Source: Candidatus Levybacteria bacterium RIFCSPHIGHO2_01_FULL_40_16 | GTDB taxonomy: Bacteria > Patescibacteriota > Microgenomatia > Levybacterales > UBA12049 | DNA length: 64,000 nucleotides | Assembly (NCBI GenBank): GCA_001783805.1 | Contig: MFNS01000001.1 | Span: 257,074-321,073, forward strand | Reading direction: 5' to 3' | In this document: piece by piece, positions 38,894 through 52,429 of the stretch | Layout: each line of letters starts with the position of its first letter | How positions within the stretch are numbered: the first letter of the stretch is position 1 | Notes under the pieces: model-generated | Told to the model about the DNA's origin: nothing | Database searches by the model: none | The model's input: only the letters and a program-made list of their open reading frames with translations | Program-made: the position numbers and the translations under genes

Positions 38894-40060
38894 ATGACCA
38901 TTTTTAATTCTTTAGGTTCAAATTATAATTTAAAATACGTTTGGCAATCATTATTTTCAGATGGACATGACCAGAACCGGAAACTGGTAAATTTTCTTGA
39001 AGGAAAATACAACGGAAAAACTATCTTAACTTACAAGGGGCGGGAAGCAATAACTTTGGCTCTTAAAATTTTAAACTTACCAAAAGAAAGTTGCGTTGCG
39101 ATTAACGGATTTACTTGTTACGCGGTTTATAAAGCTGTAAATGAAGCCGGTTTCACTCCAATTTGCTTGGATTTAGATGAGAAAAATTCCGATCTGAATT
39201 TTTCTCCCGAATCTTTAGGAAAAACATTAATGGAGAATAGAAATATAAAAGTCGTAGTTGTTCAAAATACATTAGGCTATCCTTGCAATATTGAGAAAAT
39301 TGTTCAAATTTGTAAAGAGAATAATCTAATTCTTATTGAAGACCTTGCTCATTGTATCGGAACGAGATATCCAAACGGAAAAGAGGCGGGAACGACGGGA
39401 GATTTCGTCACCTTATCATTCAGTCAGGATAAAGCTATAGATGCCGTTTCCGGCGGCGCATTAATAATTAGAAACGAAAAACACAAAAATAACAGATTAG
39501 CCTCGCAAGGGGACGCCTTGGAAGGCTACCAACAATTTAAAGACAAGCTTTATCCTTTGCTCACTTACAAAATAAGATTTCTTTATAATTCTGGACTCGG
39601 AAAGCCACTGCATTATTTATTAAAAAACTTAAATCTTTTATCAAAACCCATGCAGGGAGGATTGTATGATCTTTATTCTTTACCAAATTGGTATTGCAAT
39701 TTAGCTCTCATTGAGTTTACCAAATTAAAGCAGCAATTAAGCCATCGGAAAGAAATTGCAAAAATTTATGCAAAAAATATAAATAAAAAAATTCTCAACT
39801 CAAATATTGTTAATAAAATTTCTGCCTCTACAAATTTAAGGTTTCCAATTTTCGTTGAGAATAGGGGAAAGCTAATAAAATTTTTAAAGAAAGATAAAAT
39901 TTATGTTTCAGATATTTGGTACTCTTCAGTGGCGCCGGAGTGTCCGAATGCGGTCGAAATCTCAAAAAAAATTCTTAACCTCCCAACCCACATCAACGTC
40001 TCAAAATCCGACGCCCTAAAAATTTCTGAAAGAGTTAATCAATGGTTAAAAAATAATTAA
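38894..40060 (+). CDS. DegT/DnrJ/EryC1/StrS-family PLP-dependent aminotransferase
   Basis: GREAI, LIEDLAH, SFSQDK..GG, LNLP. Confidence 0.8.
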   Translation: MTIFNSLGSNYNLKYVWQSLFSDGHDQNRKLVNFLEGKYNGKTILTYKGREAITLALKILNLPKESCVAINGFTCYAVYKAVNEAGFTPICLDLDEKNSDLNFSPESLGKTLMENRNIKVVVVQNTLGYPCNIEKIVQICKENNLILIEDLAHCIGTRYPNGKEAGTTGDFVTLSFSQDKAIDAVSGGALIIRNEKHKNNRLASQGDALEGYQQFKDKLYPLLTYKIRFLYNSGLGKPLHYLLKNLNLLSKPMQGGLYDLYSLPNWYCNLALIEFTKLKQQLSHRKEIAKIYAKNINKKILNSNIVNKISASTNLRFPIFVENRGKLIKFLKKDKIYVSDIWYSSVAPECPNAVEISKKILNLPTHINVSKSDALKISERVNQWLKNN

Positions 40061-40063
40061 TTT

Positions 40064-40435
40064 ATGAAAATTTATCACAAAAAGGACGTCTTAAATGTCT
40101 CCAAGCCTGAAGGAATAAATGTTGTTTATTATTTACTTAACGAGTATGGGGTACATTACAATGAACAGGTTCCAAATTCAATCCAAACTTGGCATCATCA
40201 CGCAAAGAGTTGGGAAACTCTTTATGTAATTGCAGGAGAGCTTTTGGCTAAATGGAGGGAAAATGGTGTTGAAAAATCAGAAATATTAATGAGCGGAGAC
40301 TTAGTGGAGACAGAACGAACACCCCATACATTTATAAATAATTCAAACAAAGTTGCAAAATTTCTCGTCATAAAACAAATCTTAAGTGGAAAAGATAAAA
40401 GAGATATTTTGAAAACTGATAAAATAATTGATTAA
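40064..40435 (+). CDS. Cupin-domain protein
   Basis: WHHH..ETLYVIAG..GD..TPHTFIN. Confidence 0.8.
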   Translation: MKIYHKKDVLNVSKPEGINVVYYLLNEYGVHYNEQVPNSIQTWHHHAKSWETLYVIAGELLAKWRENGVEKSEILMSGDLVETERTPHTFINNSNKVAKFLVIKQILSGKDKRDILKTDKIID

Positions 40436-40437
40436 AT

Positions 40438-40610
40438 TGCGAGCATTAAACAAAGCGCGTTAAAAAATTATTAAGTGAACTGTCAGGGGAATTCCTCAGC
40501 GAGCATAAGCGAGATTGAGGAAGGGGTGAAATTACCCGACCAGCGAACGAAATAATTTTAGCGCGACTTTACCGCTCGCAGAGTTTTGGTACTTTTGCGG
40601 TCAAAAGTAC
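40438..40610. repeat. Large intergenic multi-stem palindromic element
   Basis: Outer stem TGCGAGC/GCTCGCA, inner stems, trailing GTACTTTTG-CGGT-CAAAAGTAC hairpin. Confidence 0.6.
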
Positions 40611-40620
40611 AATAAAAGAT

Positions 40621-41646
40621 ATGGCTGAGATCACAATAAAAAATATTGAAAATAAAGAGGTTTGGGAAGAGTTTGTTTTGAGCAAAAATGAAGTTAATTT
40701 TTTGCAGAGTTGGAGTTGGGGAGAGTTTCATAAAAATTTAGGCAAGCAAATCTTCCGCACCGGATTTTATGAAAAAGAAAAATTAGTCGGAGTCATGCTT
40801 TCGGTAATTGAACCGGCAAGACGCGGAAAATACTTAACAGTTCCCGGCGGACCGATCATCGATTGGCATAAAAAAGACTTCACGGATGTGTTTATAGAAC
40901 AAGTTAAACGGATTTCCACGGAAAATGGTTGCGTTTTTGTCAGAGTCAGGCCGCAATTAAAATTCAATGATTTTTCAAAAAATCTTTTTAAGAATTTGGG
41001 ATTCATTAGAGCCCCCATGCATTTGCACGCGGAGCTAACATCTCAATTGGACATTACTAAGTCCGAAGAGGAATTATTATCGCAAATGAGAAAAGCCACG
41101 CGTTACGAAATAAAAAAAGCAATTAAAATTGGTATAAAAATTACCGCTTCAAAAGATGAAAAGGATATTCAAAAATTTTATGATTTACAAATTGAAACAG
41201 CCAAAAGACAAAAATTCGTCCCATTTTCTTATAAATTTTTGCACGAACAATTCAAAGTTTTTGCACAAAATGAAAACGTACTATTATATAAGGCAGAGTT
41301 TAAAAATAAACTCTTGGCTCAAGCTTTCGTAATTTTTTATGGTAACGAAGCGGTTTATCATTATGGCGCTTCTACCAAAGAGGGAAGACATTATCCCGGA
41401 GCATATTTAATCCAATGGGAGGCAATCAAAGAGGCAAAGAAACGCGGGAAGACCCGCTATAATCTTTGGGGAGTCGCACCTTTGGAGAAATCTGACCATC
41501 GTTTTGCAGGACTTTCTTTATTTAAACGTGGCTTCGGCGGCGAAGACTTTCAATATCTCCCCGCCCAAGACCTAATTATTAATAAACCAAGATATTTATT
41601 AAATTACCTAATCGAATCTTTCCGTAAAATAATCAGGCGGGTTTAA
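40621..41646 (+). CDS. FemAB/FemX-family peptidoglycan peptidyltransferase
   Basis: FLQSWSWG, GGP, RYEIKKA, YHYGAS, YLIQWEAI, FKRGFGG. Confidence 0.88.
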   Translation: MAEITIKNIENKEVWEEFVLSKNEVNFLQSWSWGEFHKNLGKQIFRTGFYEKEKLVGVMLSVIEPARRGKYLTVPGGPIIDWHKKDFTDVFIEQVKRISTENGCVFVRVRPQLKFNDFSKNLFKNLGFIRAPMHLHAELTSQLDITKSEEELLSQMRKATRYEIKKAIKIGIKITASKDEKDIQKFYDLQIETAKRQKFVPFSYKFLHEQFKVFAQNENVLLYKAEFKNKLLAQAFVIFYGNEAVYHYGASTKEGRHYPGAYLIQWEAIKEAKKRGKTRYNLWGVAPLEKSDHRFAGLSLFKRGFGGEDFQYLPAQDLIINKPRYLLNYLIESFRKIIRRV

Positions 41647-41735
41647 TCAATCCTTAAAATGCCCCTATACAAAATTTAAAAAATACTGTATCTTATTTTC
41701 TATTGCTTACTCTGCCCATTTATCTATTATCTTTT

Positions 41736-42074
41736 ATGGAGCGAGGAAAAATTGTATCAGGTTGTGAGGCGGAAAAACATCATCCCTCTTGCCCCTGTTT
41801 AGCCTGCAAACATCCTCGTGAATGCAATAACTGTAAAACTCCCCTTACTGTTCAACACGAAATTCCTAAATGCATTGCCAGAGAAATCTTGGAAATACCT
41901 CCTAGGGAAATGGGTAAGGATACCACAGCAGTATCCATACCTTGTCATAATCAAGAAGATAAAAAAGTTCCTTTTATATTAGCTATCATGAGACAACTTA
42001 AGAGGAGGGAAGGCATGATTCCCACAAGAGAGGATGTGCTGACAATAAGAAGAATGGGAATGTTTAGGGGGTAG
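41736..42074 (+). CDS. Small Cys/His-rich protein with an HNH-like pattern
   Basis: CNNC..LTVQHEIP..PCHNQED. Confidence 0.55.
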   Translation: MERGKIVSGCEAEKHHPSCPCLACKHPRECNNCKTPLTVQHEIPKCIAREILEIPPREMGKDTTAVSIPCHNQEDKKVPFILAIMRQLKRREGMIPTREDVLTIRRMGMFRG

Positions 42075-44150
<2,076 letters not shown>

Positions 44151-44153
44151 TCT

Positions 44154-44813
44154 ATGGAACAACATCCTGAACGAGCAGCTAAAATAATTAACAGAAAAGG
44201 AGACACAGTTTCTCAAGGCGTATTTTCCGGAGAAGTTTTTGATCATTTGGTCGAAAAACGCGCGGAACCGGAAGAACATCATCCGGAAGAAAGACCGTTA
44301 ATAATCGGGGCAATTTATTTGACTTTTCATGAAATCTATATGGCACAGAAGTTCCGTAAAGCGTTAACATCTTCTACGCCCTATGAAATGTTTGCGTCAC
44401 CGGAAGAAAAAACTCTGCAAGAATTTATTATCTTAATGTCTAACGCTTTTGCCCGGGCTTGTTATAATAGCGGGAAAGAAAAGATGGAATTAGCAGGTGA
44501 AGTCAGTATGAAGCATGATGAAGATTATTCATCTGTTAGTATCTACAGTAACCCAGAAATAAAAGGAATACAAGTCGAAATTCATGACCCGAAACAAACT
44601 GCACGTGTTGATTTAACTAAAGATAATTGCGTTATAAAAATCAGAAAAACCCAGGAAAGAGAATTTAGAAAGATCAGCGCAGTAGAGTTTTTGGGATACG
44701 ATTCTACTGCTATTAACAATGCTGAAACAAGAAAAGTATTGTCAACCGGTATGGAATTAGACCAAAAAATTTTCAGGACAACTAAGCCCAACACCATTGA
44801 AAATGGAAGGTAA
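44154..44813 (+). CDS. Hypothetical protein
   Basis: 219-aa ORF, no recognisable motif. Confidence 0.65.
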   Translation: MEQHPERAAKIINRKGDTVSQGVFSGEVFDHLVEKRAEPEEHHPEERPLIIGAIYLTFHEIYMAQKFRKALTSSTPYEMFASPEEKTLQEFIILMSNAFARACYNSGKEKMELAGEVSMKHDEDYSSVSIYSNPEIKGIQVEIHDPKQTARVDLTKDNCVIKIRKTQEREFRKISAVEFLGYDSTAINNAETRKVLSTGMELDQKIFRTTKPNTIENGR

Positions 44814-44844
44814 TTACTTTATAATAGCTTGATAATCTAAGTTT

Positions 44845-46881
44845 ATGAATTTGGCTTTTTTGTTTGAACACGCAATTAGAAATGTCATAATTGTTGGACT
44901 TTTATCTTTGGCCTACAGTGTTTTTTTAATCTTCAATGTTTTGAGCAAGCCCCGCGGCGACAAAAAAATGAACGAAATTTCCGACGCAATTGTCGAAGGA
45001 GCTTCTGCTTACATGAAGACTCAATATACGGTAGTTGCGATAATCGGAGTCGTAATTTTTGCTATTTTATATTTTCTCTTGGGTTGGCTCACGGCAATGG
45101 GATTTTTGGTTGGAGCTTTATTTTCCGCAATTTCGGGCATTATCGGCATGAGTATTGCCGTCAGAGCCAATATCCGCACTGCTCAAGCTGCAAAATCAGG
45201 TTTATCCGCAGCTTTTTCTCTGGCTTTTAAAGGCGGAGCAGTTACAGGATTGCTGGTTGCCTCTCTCGCTCTTTTATCCATCAGCGGATTTTATCTCTTA
45301 ATGCTGCGCTTAAACATCACTAGTCTTCAGCCGTTAATTGCTTTGGGATTCGGAGGCTCTTTGATTTCCGTATTTGCCAGACTCGGCGGAGGAATTTTCA
45401 CCAAAAGCGCAGATGTGGGAACAGATATGGTTGGAAAAATTGAGAAAAATATTCCTGAAGATGATCCGAGAAATCCGGGAGTAATCGCCGATTTGGTAGG
45501 GGACAATGTCGGAGATGACGCGGGAATGGCAGCAGATCTTTTCGAAACGTATGTTATTACCGCGGTTGCCGCAATGATTTTGGGAGAATTGACCTTCAAG
45601 GGAAATCAAACAGTTCTGAATTATCCTTTATTAATCGGAGCAATCGCTATAATTGCCAGCATTATCGGCAGTTGGTTTGTAAAAGTTAAGGGAGCGGGGA
45701 TAATGAATGCATTGTATCAGGGATTGGGAATAACCATGATTATTTCTACAATCGGCATTTATTACGTAACCAACACTATTTTTCCCAACGGCTTAAGCGG
45801 AATTCCGTCTTTGAATTTATTTTATTCTGCTTTAATTGGCCTTGCGATAACCATCGGCATGGTTATTATCACTGAATATTTCACTTCGAAAAAATTTGGT
45901 CCGGTTAAAACTATCGCACAAGCCTCAACTACCGGCCATGGCACCAATGTTATTGCCGGACTGGCGGTTTCCATGAAGTCAACCCTAATGCCGATACTGT
46001 TAATTTCTGCAGGAATTTTACTTGCCTTTAATCAAGCCGGACTTTACGGAATTGCGGTTGCGGCAATGAGCATGCTGTCTCTAACCGGAATTATTGTGGC
46101 CATTGATGCTTTCGGTCCAATTACCGATAATGCCGGGGGAATTGCGGAAATGGCCGGAATGGATAAAAAAGTGCGCGATGTTACCGATCCCTTGGATGCA
46201 GTGGGAAATACTACCAAAGCGATCACGAAAGCCTACGCAATCGGCTCTGCCGGCTTGGCAGCGCTGGTGCTTTTTGCCAGTTACACGCAGGAGTTAATGA
46301 AGGTTCCGGGAGATACCGGAAAATTTGTATTTTCTCTTTCCGATCCTTTGGTAATTGTCGGACTATTTATCGGCGGAGCCTTGCCTTACTTTTTTGGCGC
46401 TTTGGCCATGGAAGCAGTTGGAAAAGCAAGTGGGGCAATTGTAAATGAAATCAGACGACAATTCAGAGAAATCAAAGGTATTATGACAGGAAAAGCCAAA
46501 CCGCAATATGCCAAAGCTGTAGATATTGTTACCAAATCCGCTATTAAGAATATGATTGTGCCGGCTTTGATTCCGGTTGTTACCCCGATTTTGGTTGGAT
46601 TTTTATTAGGACCTAAAGCTCTCGGCGGACTTCTGGTTGGAAGCATTATTACCGGACTTTTCGTAGCCATTTCCATGACCACCGGAGGTGCTGCTTGGGA
46701 CAATACCAAAAAATATATTGAGGAAGGAAATCTGGGAGGCAAAGGAAGTTTTGCTCATCAAGCAGCAGTCACCGGAGACACTGTCGGAGACCCCTATAAA
46801 GATACTGCGGGGCCGGCGATTAACCCAATGATAAAAATCCTGAACATCGTGGCACTCTTAATTGCCTCATTCCTGATATAA
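44845..46881 (+). CDS. hppA: Membrane-bound H+-translocating pyrophosphatase (K+-independent signature)
   Basis: [48 protein letters not shown]. Confidence 0.93.
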   Translation: MNLAFLFEHAIRNVIIVGLLSLAYSVFLIFNVLSKPRGDKKMNEISDAIVEGASAYMKTQYTVVAIIGVVIFAILYFLLGWLTAMGFLVGALFSAISGIIGMSIAVRANIRTAQAAKSGLSAAFSLAFKGGAVTGLLVASLALLSISGFYLLMLRLNITSLQPLIALGFGGSLISVFARLGGGIFTKSADVGTDMVGKIEKNIPEDDPRNPGVIADLVGDNVGDDAGMAADLFETYVITAVAAMILGELTFKGNQTVLNYPLLIGAIAIIASIIGSWFVKVKGAGIMNALYQGLGITMIISTIGIYYVTNTIFPNGLSGIPSLNLFYSALIGLAITIGMVIITEYFTSKKFGPVKTIAQASTTGHGTNVIAGLAVSMKSTLMPILLISAGILLAFNQAGLYGIAVAAMSMLSLTGIIVAIDAFGPITDNAGGIAEMAGMDKKVRDVTDPLDAVGNTTKAITKAYAIGSAGLAALVLFASYTQELMKVPGDTGKFVFSLSDPLVIVGLFIGGALPYFFGALAMEAVGKASGAIVNEIRRQFREIKGIMTGKAKPQYAKAVDIVTKSAIKNMIVPALIPVVTPILVGFLLGPKALGGLLVGSIITGLFVAISMTTGGAAWDNTKKYIEEGNLGGKGSFAHQAAVTGDTVGDPYKDTAGPAINPMIKILNIVALLIASFLI

Positions 46882-46890
46882 AATCTATCT

Positions 46891-49377
46891 ATGGAAATCG
46901 GCAATCTTAAACAAACGGAAATTACTACGGAAGTTAAACGGGCATATCTGGATTATGCCATGTCCGTGATTGTTTCCCGCGCGCTTCCTGACGTCCGGGA
47001 TGGCCTAAAGCCGGTGCACCGCAGAATTCTTTTTGCGCTGCACGAACTAAATCTAACGCACACTGCCAAATACGCAAAATCCGCAAAGATTGTCGGAGAA
47101 GTCATGGGGAAATATCATCCTCATGGAGACATGCCAATTTACGACGCGCTCGTTCGTCTGGCGCAGGATTTTTCCATGCGTTACCCTTTGATAGACGGCC
47201 AGGGAAACTATGGTTCTGTTGACGGAGATCCGCCTGCAGCTATGCGCTATACGGAAGCCCGCCTTGCAACAATTACGGGCGAGATGCTCATGGATTTGGA
47301 TAAGGAAACAGTGGATACTATTCCGAATTTTGACGCCACCCTTCAGGAACCGGTTTTCCTTCCGGCAAAACTGCCTAATTTACTATTAATGGGCTCTGAA
47401 GGAATCGCAGTAGGTATGGCGACCAAAATTCCTCCTCATAATTTAGGCGAACTGGTTGATGCGATTACCTTTATGATCGGAAAAACAAAAGTAATCAATC
47501 CCGAGAAAACTTTTTCTTTAACCAGCACTGCAACTGTTGACGAACTTCTGGAATTTATTAAGGGCCCTGATTTCCCGACTGCCGGCAGTATTTATGATTG
47601 GTCCGAAATTAAAAATGTTTACGCGACCGGACGGGGCCGGATAATTATCCGGGGCAAAGCAGACATCGAAGAGATAGGTAATGGCAAATCTGCAATTATT
47701 GTCACCGAACTTCCGTATCAGGTAAATAAGGCTCTTATGGTTGCCCGGATTGCGGAATTGGCCCGCGAGAAAAAGATTGAAGGGATTTCGGATCTCCGCG
47801 ACGAATCTGACAGACACGGAACCAGAGTTGTCATCGAGCTTAAAAGGGATACCGCGCCAAAAAAAGTCTTAAATAATTTATTCAAGCACACCAGCCTGCA
47901 AACCAGTTTTTCCGCCAATATTGTGGCTTTGGTAAATGGTACTCCTCAAACACTAAATCTTAAAACAATTCTCGAAGAATATCTCAAGCACCGTTATTTC
48001 ATCGTTAAAAAACGTTCGGAATTTGAGTTAAAACAGGCAAAAGCGAGGCTGCACATTTTGGAAGGGCTGAAAATCGCCGTTGACAATATCGACGCGGTAA
48101 TTAAAACAATTCGGGAATCCAAAACCCAAGAGGACGCCAAGCAGAATTTAATTATCAAGTTTAAACTTTCCGATCTTCAGGCAACGGCGATTTTGGACAT
48201 GCAGTTGAGGCGTTTGGCTGCTTTGGAACGGCAGAAAATAGAAGACGAATTGATTATGGTTAAAGAGACAATTGATTATCTGGAAGACCTTTTGGCGCAT
48301 CCGGGAAAAATTTTAAGCGTAATTAAAGAAGAATTAAAAGTTCTCAAAGAAAAATTCGCCGATCCGAGGAGAACAAAAGTTTACAAGAGTAAGGTTGGGG
48401 AATTTTCCGAAGAAGATTTAATTCCGAATGAACCGACAGTTATCACTATCACTGATACCGGATATATTAAACGTCAAAGTCTAAATAGCTTTAGGGTTCA
48501 GCACCGGGGAGGAAAAGGGGTACGAGGAATGACTACCAAGGAAGAGGATGGAATTCTGAACATCCGCTATGCGCAAACTCATGATAATATTTTGTTCTTT
48601 ACCAACCGCGGAAAAGTTTATCAATTAAGAGCCTTTGAAATTGCCGAAAGCAGCCGGACAAGCAAGGGAACCGCAGTTGTCAACTTAATTAACGTTGAGC
48701 AGGATGAAAAAGTCGAATCATTCATTAATTATAAAGTCGGCAAAAAAGGCATTGAAGAGGAAACATTCAAATATGTTTTTCTCTCGACTAAAAACGGGAC
48801 TGTGAAAAAAACAGCCTTAACCGAATTTGAAAATATCAGAAGAAACGGAATTTTGGCGATTAAGCTGGATAAAGGCGATGAATTGGTTTGGAGCGCGTTA
48901 ACCGAGGGGAATAATGAAGTTATTCTGACCAGTCATGACGGAAAAGCAATCAGATTTTCTGAAAAGTCAGTCAGACCGCTGGGACGAAGCACCAGGGGGG
49001 TCCGGGGAATCAAATTACATGCCACTGATGAAGTTATCAGCATGGATGTAATTAAAAAAGATGCCAAGACAGATTTAATTACCATTATGGAAAACGGTCT
49101 TGGCAAAAAAACTCCGGTCGGCCAATTCAGAGGACAAAGCAGGGGAGGGCAGGGAGTAAAAGTTGCCAAGGTTACAGCTAAGACCGGAAAAGTTGCTTTT
49201 GCGCAAGTGATTCCGCCAAATTACAAAACCCTGATCATGACCTCCAAACGCGGACAGGTGGTAAAGCTTGAGCTTTCTTCAATCCCAAGACATTCCAGGA
49301 ACACGCAGGGAGTAAAATTGATGAGGTTCTCCAACTCAACCGATCGCGTCACCTCCGCCACCTGCGTTGAGGAATAA
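46891..49377 (+). CDS. gyrA: DNA gyrase subunit A
   Basis: [29 protein letters not shown], GyrA-box QHRGGKG. Confidence 0.95.
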   Translation: MEIGNLKQTEITTEVKRAYLDYAMSVIVSRALPDVRDGLKPVHRRILFALHELNLTHTAKYAKSAKIVGEVMGKYHPHGDMPIYDALVRLAQDFSMRYPLIDGQGNYGSVDGDPPAAMRYTEARLATITGEMLMDLDKETVDTIPNFDATLQEPVFLPAKLPNLLLMGSEGIAVGMATKIPPHNLGELVDAITFMIGKTKVINPEKTFSLTSTATVDELLEFIKGPDFPTAGSIYDWSEIKNVYATGRGRIIIRGKADIEEIGNGKSAIIVTELPYQVNKALMVARIAELAREKKIEGISDLRDESDRHGTRVVIELKRDTAPKKVLNNLFKHTSLQTSFSANIVALVNGTPQTLNLKTILEEYLKHRYFIVKKRSEFELKQAKARLHILEGLKIAVDNIDAVIKTIRESKTQEDAKQNLIIKFKLSDLQATAILDMQLRRLAALERQKIEDELIMVKETIDYLEDLLAHPGKILSVIKEELKVLKEKFADPRRTKVYKSKVGEFSEEDLIPNEPTVITITDTGYIKRQSLNSFRVQHRGGKGVRGMTTKEEDGILNIRYAQTHDNILFFTNRGKVYQLRAFEIAESSRTSKGTAVVNLINVEQDEKVESFINYKVGKKGIEEETFKYVFLSTKNGTVKKTALTEFENIRRNGILAIKLDKGDELVWSALTEGNNEVILTSHDGKAIRFSEKSVRPLGRSTRGVRGIKLHATDEVISMDVIKKDAKTDLITIMENGLGKKTPVGQFRGQSRGGQGVKVAKVTAKTGKVAFAQVIPPNYKTLIMTSKRGQVVKLELSSIPRHSRNTQGVKLMRFSNSTDRVTSATCVEE

Positions 49378-49403
49378 CCCGACATTAGAGTATAATTTAA
49401 TCA

Positions 49404-50096
49404 ATGGAAAACACCAAGGACTTAGAGCCAAAGCAAGAAAGAATAATTTCTCTTAATCAAGAATTTCACCCTTTCGATCCAACATACACAGAAGAAAAGA
49501 AAATATACAGGAATTCCCCTCCGCGCATTCTTACAAATATTATTTTGGATCTTGGAGCTTTCAAGCTTTCATTAAAAATAGATGCCGACCCTGAAGATGA
49601 CCTTCCTAAAACGAATACTATTACACCATTTAACCCGGACGATGGATATATGATTACAAACGAAGATTTTGACCTTGAAAAAAGAAAACAAAAAAAAGTC
49701 CCGCTAATTGACCCCGTTACGGGTTTTGCGGAAGTAATAGATTTTTTAAAAAACCCTTTCTGTTTGAATATCGATACGCCTGGTTATGATCTCGAGAGAT
49801 CAGGTTCTGTTTCACCGGAACTCTTATCAATACTGGAAAGGCTTAAGGTACAAGTCAGCGTAGGGCAAGGTAATTTTGAATCGAGATATTTTGTACACGA
49901 GCTTCTCTTTTTTGATAATTTTTACCCTCACGATACGGGCCCACTCCCAGAGGACATGGATTCAGGGCTAGAGGAAGGTTTTAATCTTGCTTTACCCAAT
50001 GATCCTGAAAAACTGGCGACGATTAGGATGAAATTTGTTCTGGCAGAAGATACCCCCGAAGAAGCCGCGGCAAAGAAAGCCGACCAGCCACTCTAA
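49404..50096 (+). CDS. Hypothetical acidic protein
   Basis: 230-aa ORF; TATAAT just upstream of ATG. Confidence 0.65.
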   Translation: MENTKDLEPKQERIISLNQEFHPFDPTYTEEKKIYRNSPPRILTNIILDLGAFKLSLKIDADPEDDLPKTNTITPFNPDDGYMITNEDFDLEKRKQKKVPLIDPVTGFAEVIDFLKNPFCLNIDTPGYDLERSGSVSPELLSILERLKVQVSVGQGNFESRYFVHELLFFDNFYPHDTGPLPEDMDSGLEEGFNLALPNDPEKLATIRMKFVLAEDTPEEAAAKKADQPL

Positions 50097-50162
50097 TGCG
50101 ATGTTCAACCCCAGGAGTTGAGCGTGTTAAAAGAAATCTTCAAAATTTAGTATAATACCTAC

Positions 50163-50987
50163 ATGAAGATTGACGGAAAACAGATTGCCAATAAGATATT
50201 GGATGAACTAAGGACAAAGGTAGGAGGACTTAAAAAGAAAAATATTACACCTTGTCTTGCGATAATTTTGGTCGGGGACGATCCCGCATCTGTCGCCTAT
50301 ATTAATCAAAAAGAATTAAGAGCGGAAAATGTCGGCATTCAAACCTCTGTCTACAACTTGGAATCAGGAATCACGAATCAAGAATTAATAAGATTAATCG
50401 ATAAACTAAATCGCGATTCAAAGATTCATGGAATAATAATTCAAAGGCCACTGCCTACACAAATAAATGAAGAGGAAATATCAAGAGCGGTCGCTCCTGA
50501 AAAAGACGTCGACGGCTTTAATCCCAACTCGCAATTTGAAATGCCCATCGTCATGGCAGTTTTTGAAATTTTGGAGAAAATAGGGATTAATAAAATTGAT
50601 TTAAAATCAAAAAAAATAGTTGTTTTGGGCAAAGGGGAAACCGGCGGACAACCGGTTATTAATGTGCTCCAAAAATTAGGAACAAAACCTACAATTATTG
50701 ACAGTAAAACTATGAACTATGAACAATTAACTAAAGATGCCGATATCATAATCTGCGCAGTTGGCAAAGCCAATGTCCTAAAACCGGAAATGATTAAGAG
50801 GGGAGTGACCCTACTCGGCATTGGCATATCCAGAGGGGAGAGCGCTAAATTGATGGGGGATTACGATCAGAACAAGATCAAAAATATTGCCTCTTTTTAT
50901 ACCCCAACTCCGGGGGGTGTGGGACCTGTCAACGTCGCCATGCTCCTAAAAAATTTAGCATTTGCTGCCGAGAATTCTTCGAGGTAA
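50163..50987 (+). CDS. folD: Methylenetetrahydrofolate dehydrogenase/cyclohydrolase
   Basis: IDGK, LVGDDPAS..Y, IHGIIIQRPLP, EKDVDG, TPTPGGVGP. Confidence 0.9.
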   Translation: MKIDGKQIANKILDELRTKVGGLKKKNITPCLAIILVGDDPASVAYINQKELRAENVGIQTSVYNLESGITNQELIRLIDKLNRDSKIHGIIIQRPLPTQINEEEISRAVAPEKDVDGFNPNSQFEMPIVMAVFEILEKIGINKIDLKSKKIVVLGKGETGGQPVINVLQKLGTKPTIIDSKTMNYEQLTKDADIIICAVGKANVLKPEMIKRGVTLLGIGISRGESAKLMGDYDQNKIKNIASFYTPTPGGVGPVNVAMLLKNLAFAAENSSR

Positions 50988-51197
50988 TTATTCCCTTTTG
51001 TTCTGTAGAGTTAAAATGTATTTCCTCTCGACTGCTGCTGAATATACCTCTATTGCTTCCTCACTTTTTAACAAGCTTGTTGCGATAGCCAATGTAATAG
51101 GTCTTTCAACGTGGTGTCTGTCAAAAATTATGGCTTTATTTGTAATTTCTGGGCCGAGAATACCTTCCGGAATATTTTTTATATGCGATTCCGTCAT
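50988..51197 (-). CDS. Small hypothetical protein
   Basis: 69-aa ORF abutting the folD stop. Confidence 0.45.
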   Translation of the reverse strand: MTESHIKNIPEGILGPEITNKAIIFDRHHVERPITLAIATSLLKSEEAIEVYSAAVERKYILTLQNKRE

Positions 51198-51292
51198 TTT
51201 ATTTATTAACTTAAAAGTTTACCAGGTTATTTTTAAAGTATCAAGGGGTATTAGGGTTGACAATCCGCATTTTGAATACTATACTTTGGCAA

Positions 51293-51805
51293 ATGGTATT
51301 TTGGCGAACGGAGAGAGGGGAAAAGCAGTTGCCCTTCGCATATTCCACAAAAGAGCTGGGAAAGAAATTTCTTGAAGATTCCTATGAGGGAAAGGCGTCA
51401 TCATTCAAGGAAAATGAGAGTATAATCCGTTCAAATTTAAAAAGTGTATTAGAGCGAATGCTCCCGGGACACTTTGGACCCTTCACGATAGATGATCGTT
51501 TCAAAATCATAAAAGCAATTCGGGATGAAGGATTAACTTTTGGATATCTGGCATTCATGCTTGCTGACGATCATCCCTTATTGAATGGCTGGGCGGAAAA
51601 AGAGAGACGGCGGGATTTACATTATATTGTGGGAAAAGAAACACTGGGTTTTGAAAACCACATTGTTACCCTAGAATTAGGACTTGAAGGATACGAAGAT
51701 GAAAGCACAAAAGCGAGCATAGAAGAAGAAATGAAACCTTATGAAAACTTTCAAAAGAGGCTTCTTGAAAGAGCAACGCCTACGCCAAAAAATTTAAAAA
51801 ATTAA
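51293..51805 (+). CDS. Hypothetical protein
   Basis: TTGACA and TATACT promoter elements directly upstream of ATG 51293. Confidence 0.6.
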   Translation: MVFWRTERGEKQLPFAYSTKELGKKFLEDSYEGKASSFKENESIIRSNLKSVLERMLPGHFGPFTIDDRFKIIKAIRDEGLTFGYLAFMLADDHPLLNGWAEKERRRDLHYIVGKETLGFENHIVTLELGLEGYEDESTKASIEEEMKPYENFQKRLLERATPTPKNLKN

Positions 51806-51855
51806 ATCTTTGATCTATTGACAAATAAAATCAATCACTATAAACTTTCTTAGAA

Positions 51856-52410
51856 ATGGTAGAGAAAAGACCACCAACGCCACCCGAAGCATCCGAATTT
51901 CATCTCGAAAAAATAGTCAATGGAGATTTTAAAGGGAAAAGCATTCTTTCTCTGAAACAGCTTGACTCGGCGTCACTTCTTAAATTATCAAATGTTACCT
52001 TAAAGATAAGTCAAATTGATAGCGGCCCACTATGGAGTTCTTTACCGAGCGCTCTTCTTCGAGACGATGTTGTTGGAATTCTTTGTAAGAACCTATCTTT
52101 TAATTTACCAAGGATTTCCTTCGAAAAAGCTGTAACAAGATTAGGTGGTGCAGTAATCTTGGCATCTGCCGATGATACTTCAATTCCCCCAAGGGAATCA
52201 GCCGAGGAGGCGATAATGGGGCTCCAAATTAACTGTGATCTTGTTGTTTTAACTGATCCCCAAGAAAAATTATTTAAAATGGCGAAAACAAGCCCGCGCC
52301 CTATCATAAGCGCTTTACTAAGTTATGATCCTAAATTCTCAAAACTAGCTATTGACCCCAAGCATACAAATATGGCTTTACTCACCTTGGCTTTGGGAAA
52401 GGAAATCTAA
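51856..52410 (+). CDS. Degenerate, truncated aspartate/ornithine carbamoyltransferase-like N-terminal domain
   Basis: FKGKSILSLKQL, RISFEKAVTRLGG, RES, DLVVL, PIISA; STRT motif and second domain absent. Confidence 0.6.
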   Translation: MVEKRPPTPPEASEFHLEKIVNGDFKGKSILSLKQLDSASLLKLSNVTLKISQIDSGPLWSSLPSALLRDDVVGILCKNLSFNLPRISFEKAVTRLGGAVILASADDTSIPPRESAEEAIMGLQINCDLVVLTDPQEKLFKMAKTSPRPIISALLSYDPKFSKLAIDPKHTNMALLTLALGKEI

Positions 52411-52429
52411 ATGTGGTAAACTATAATTT

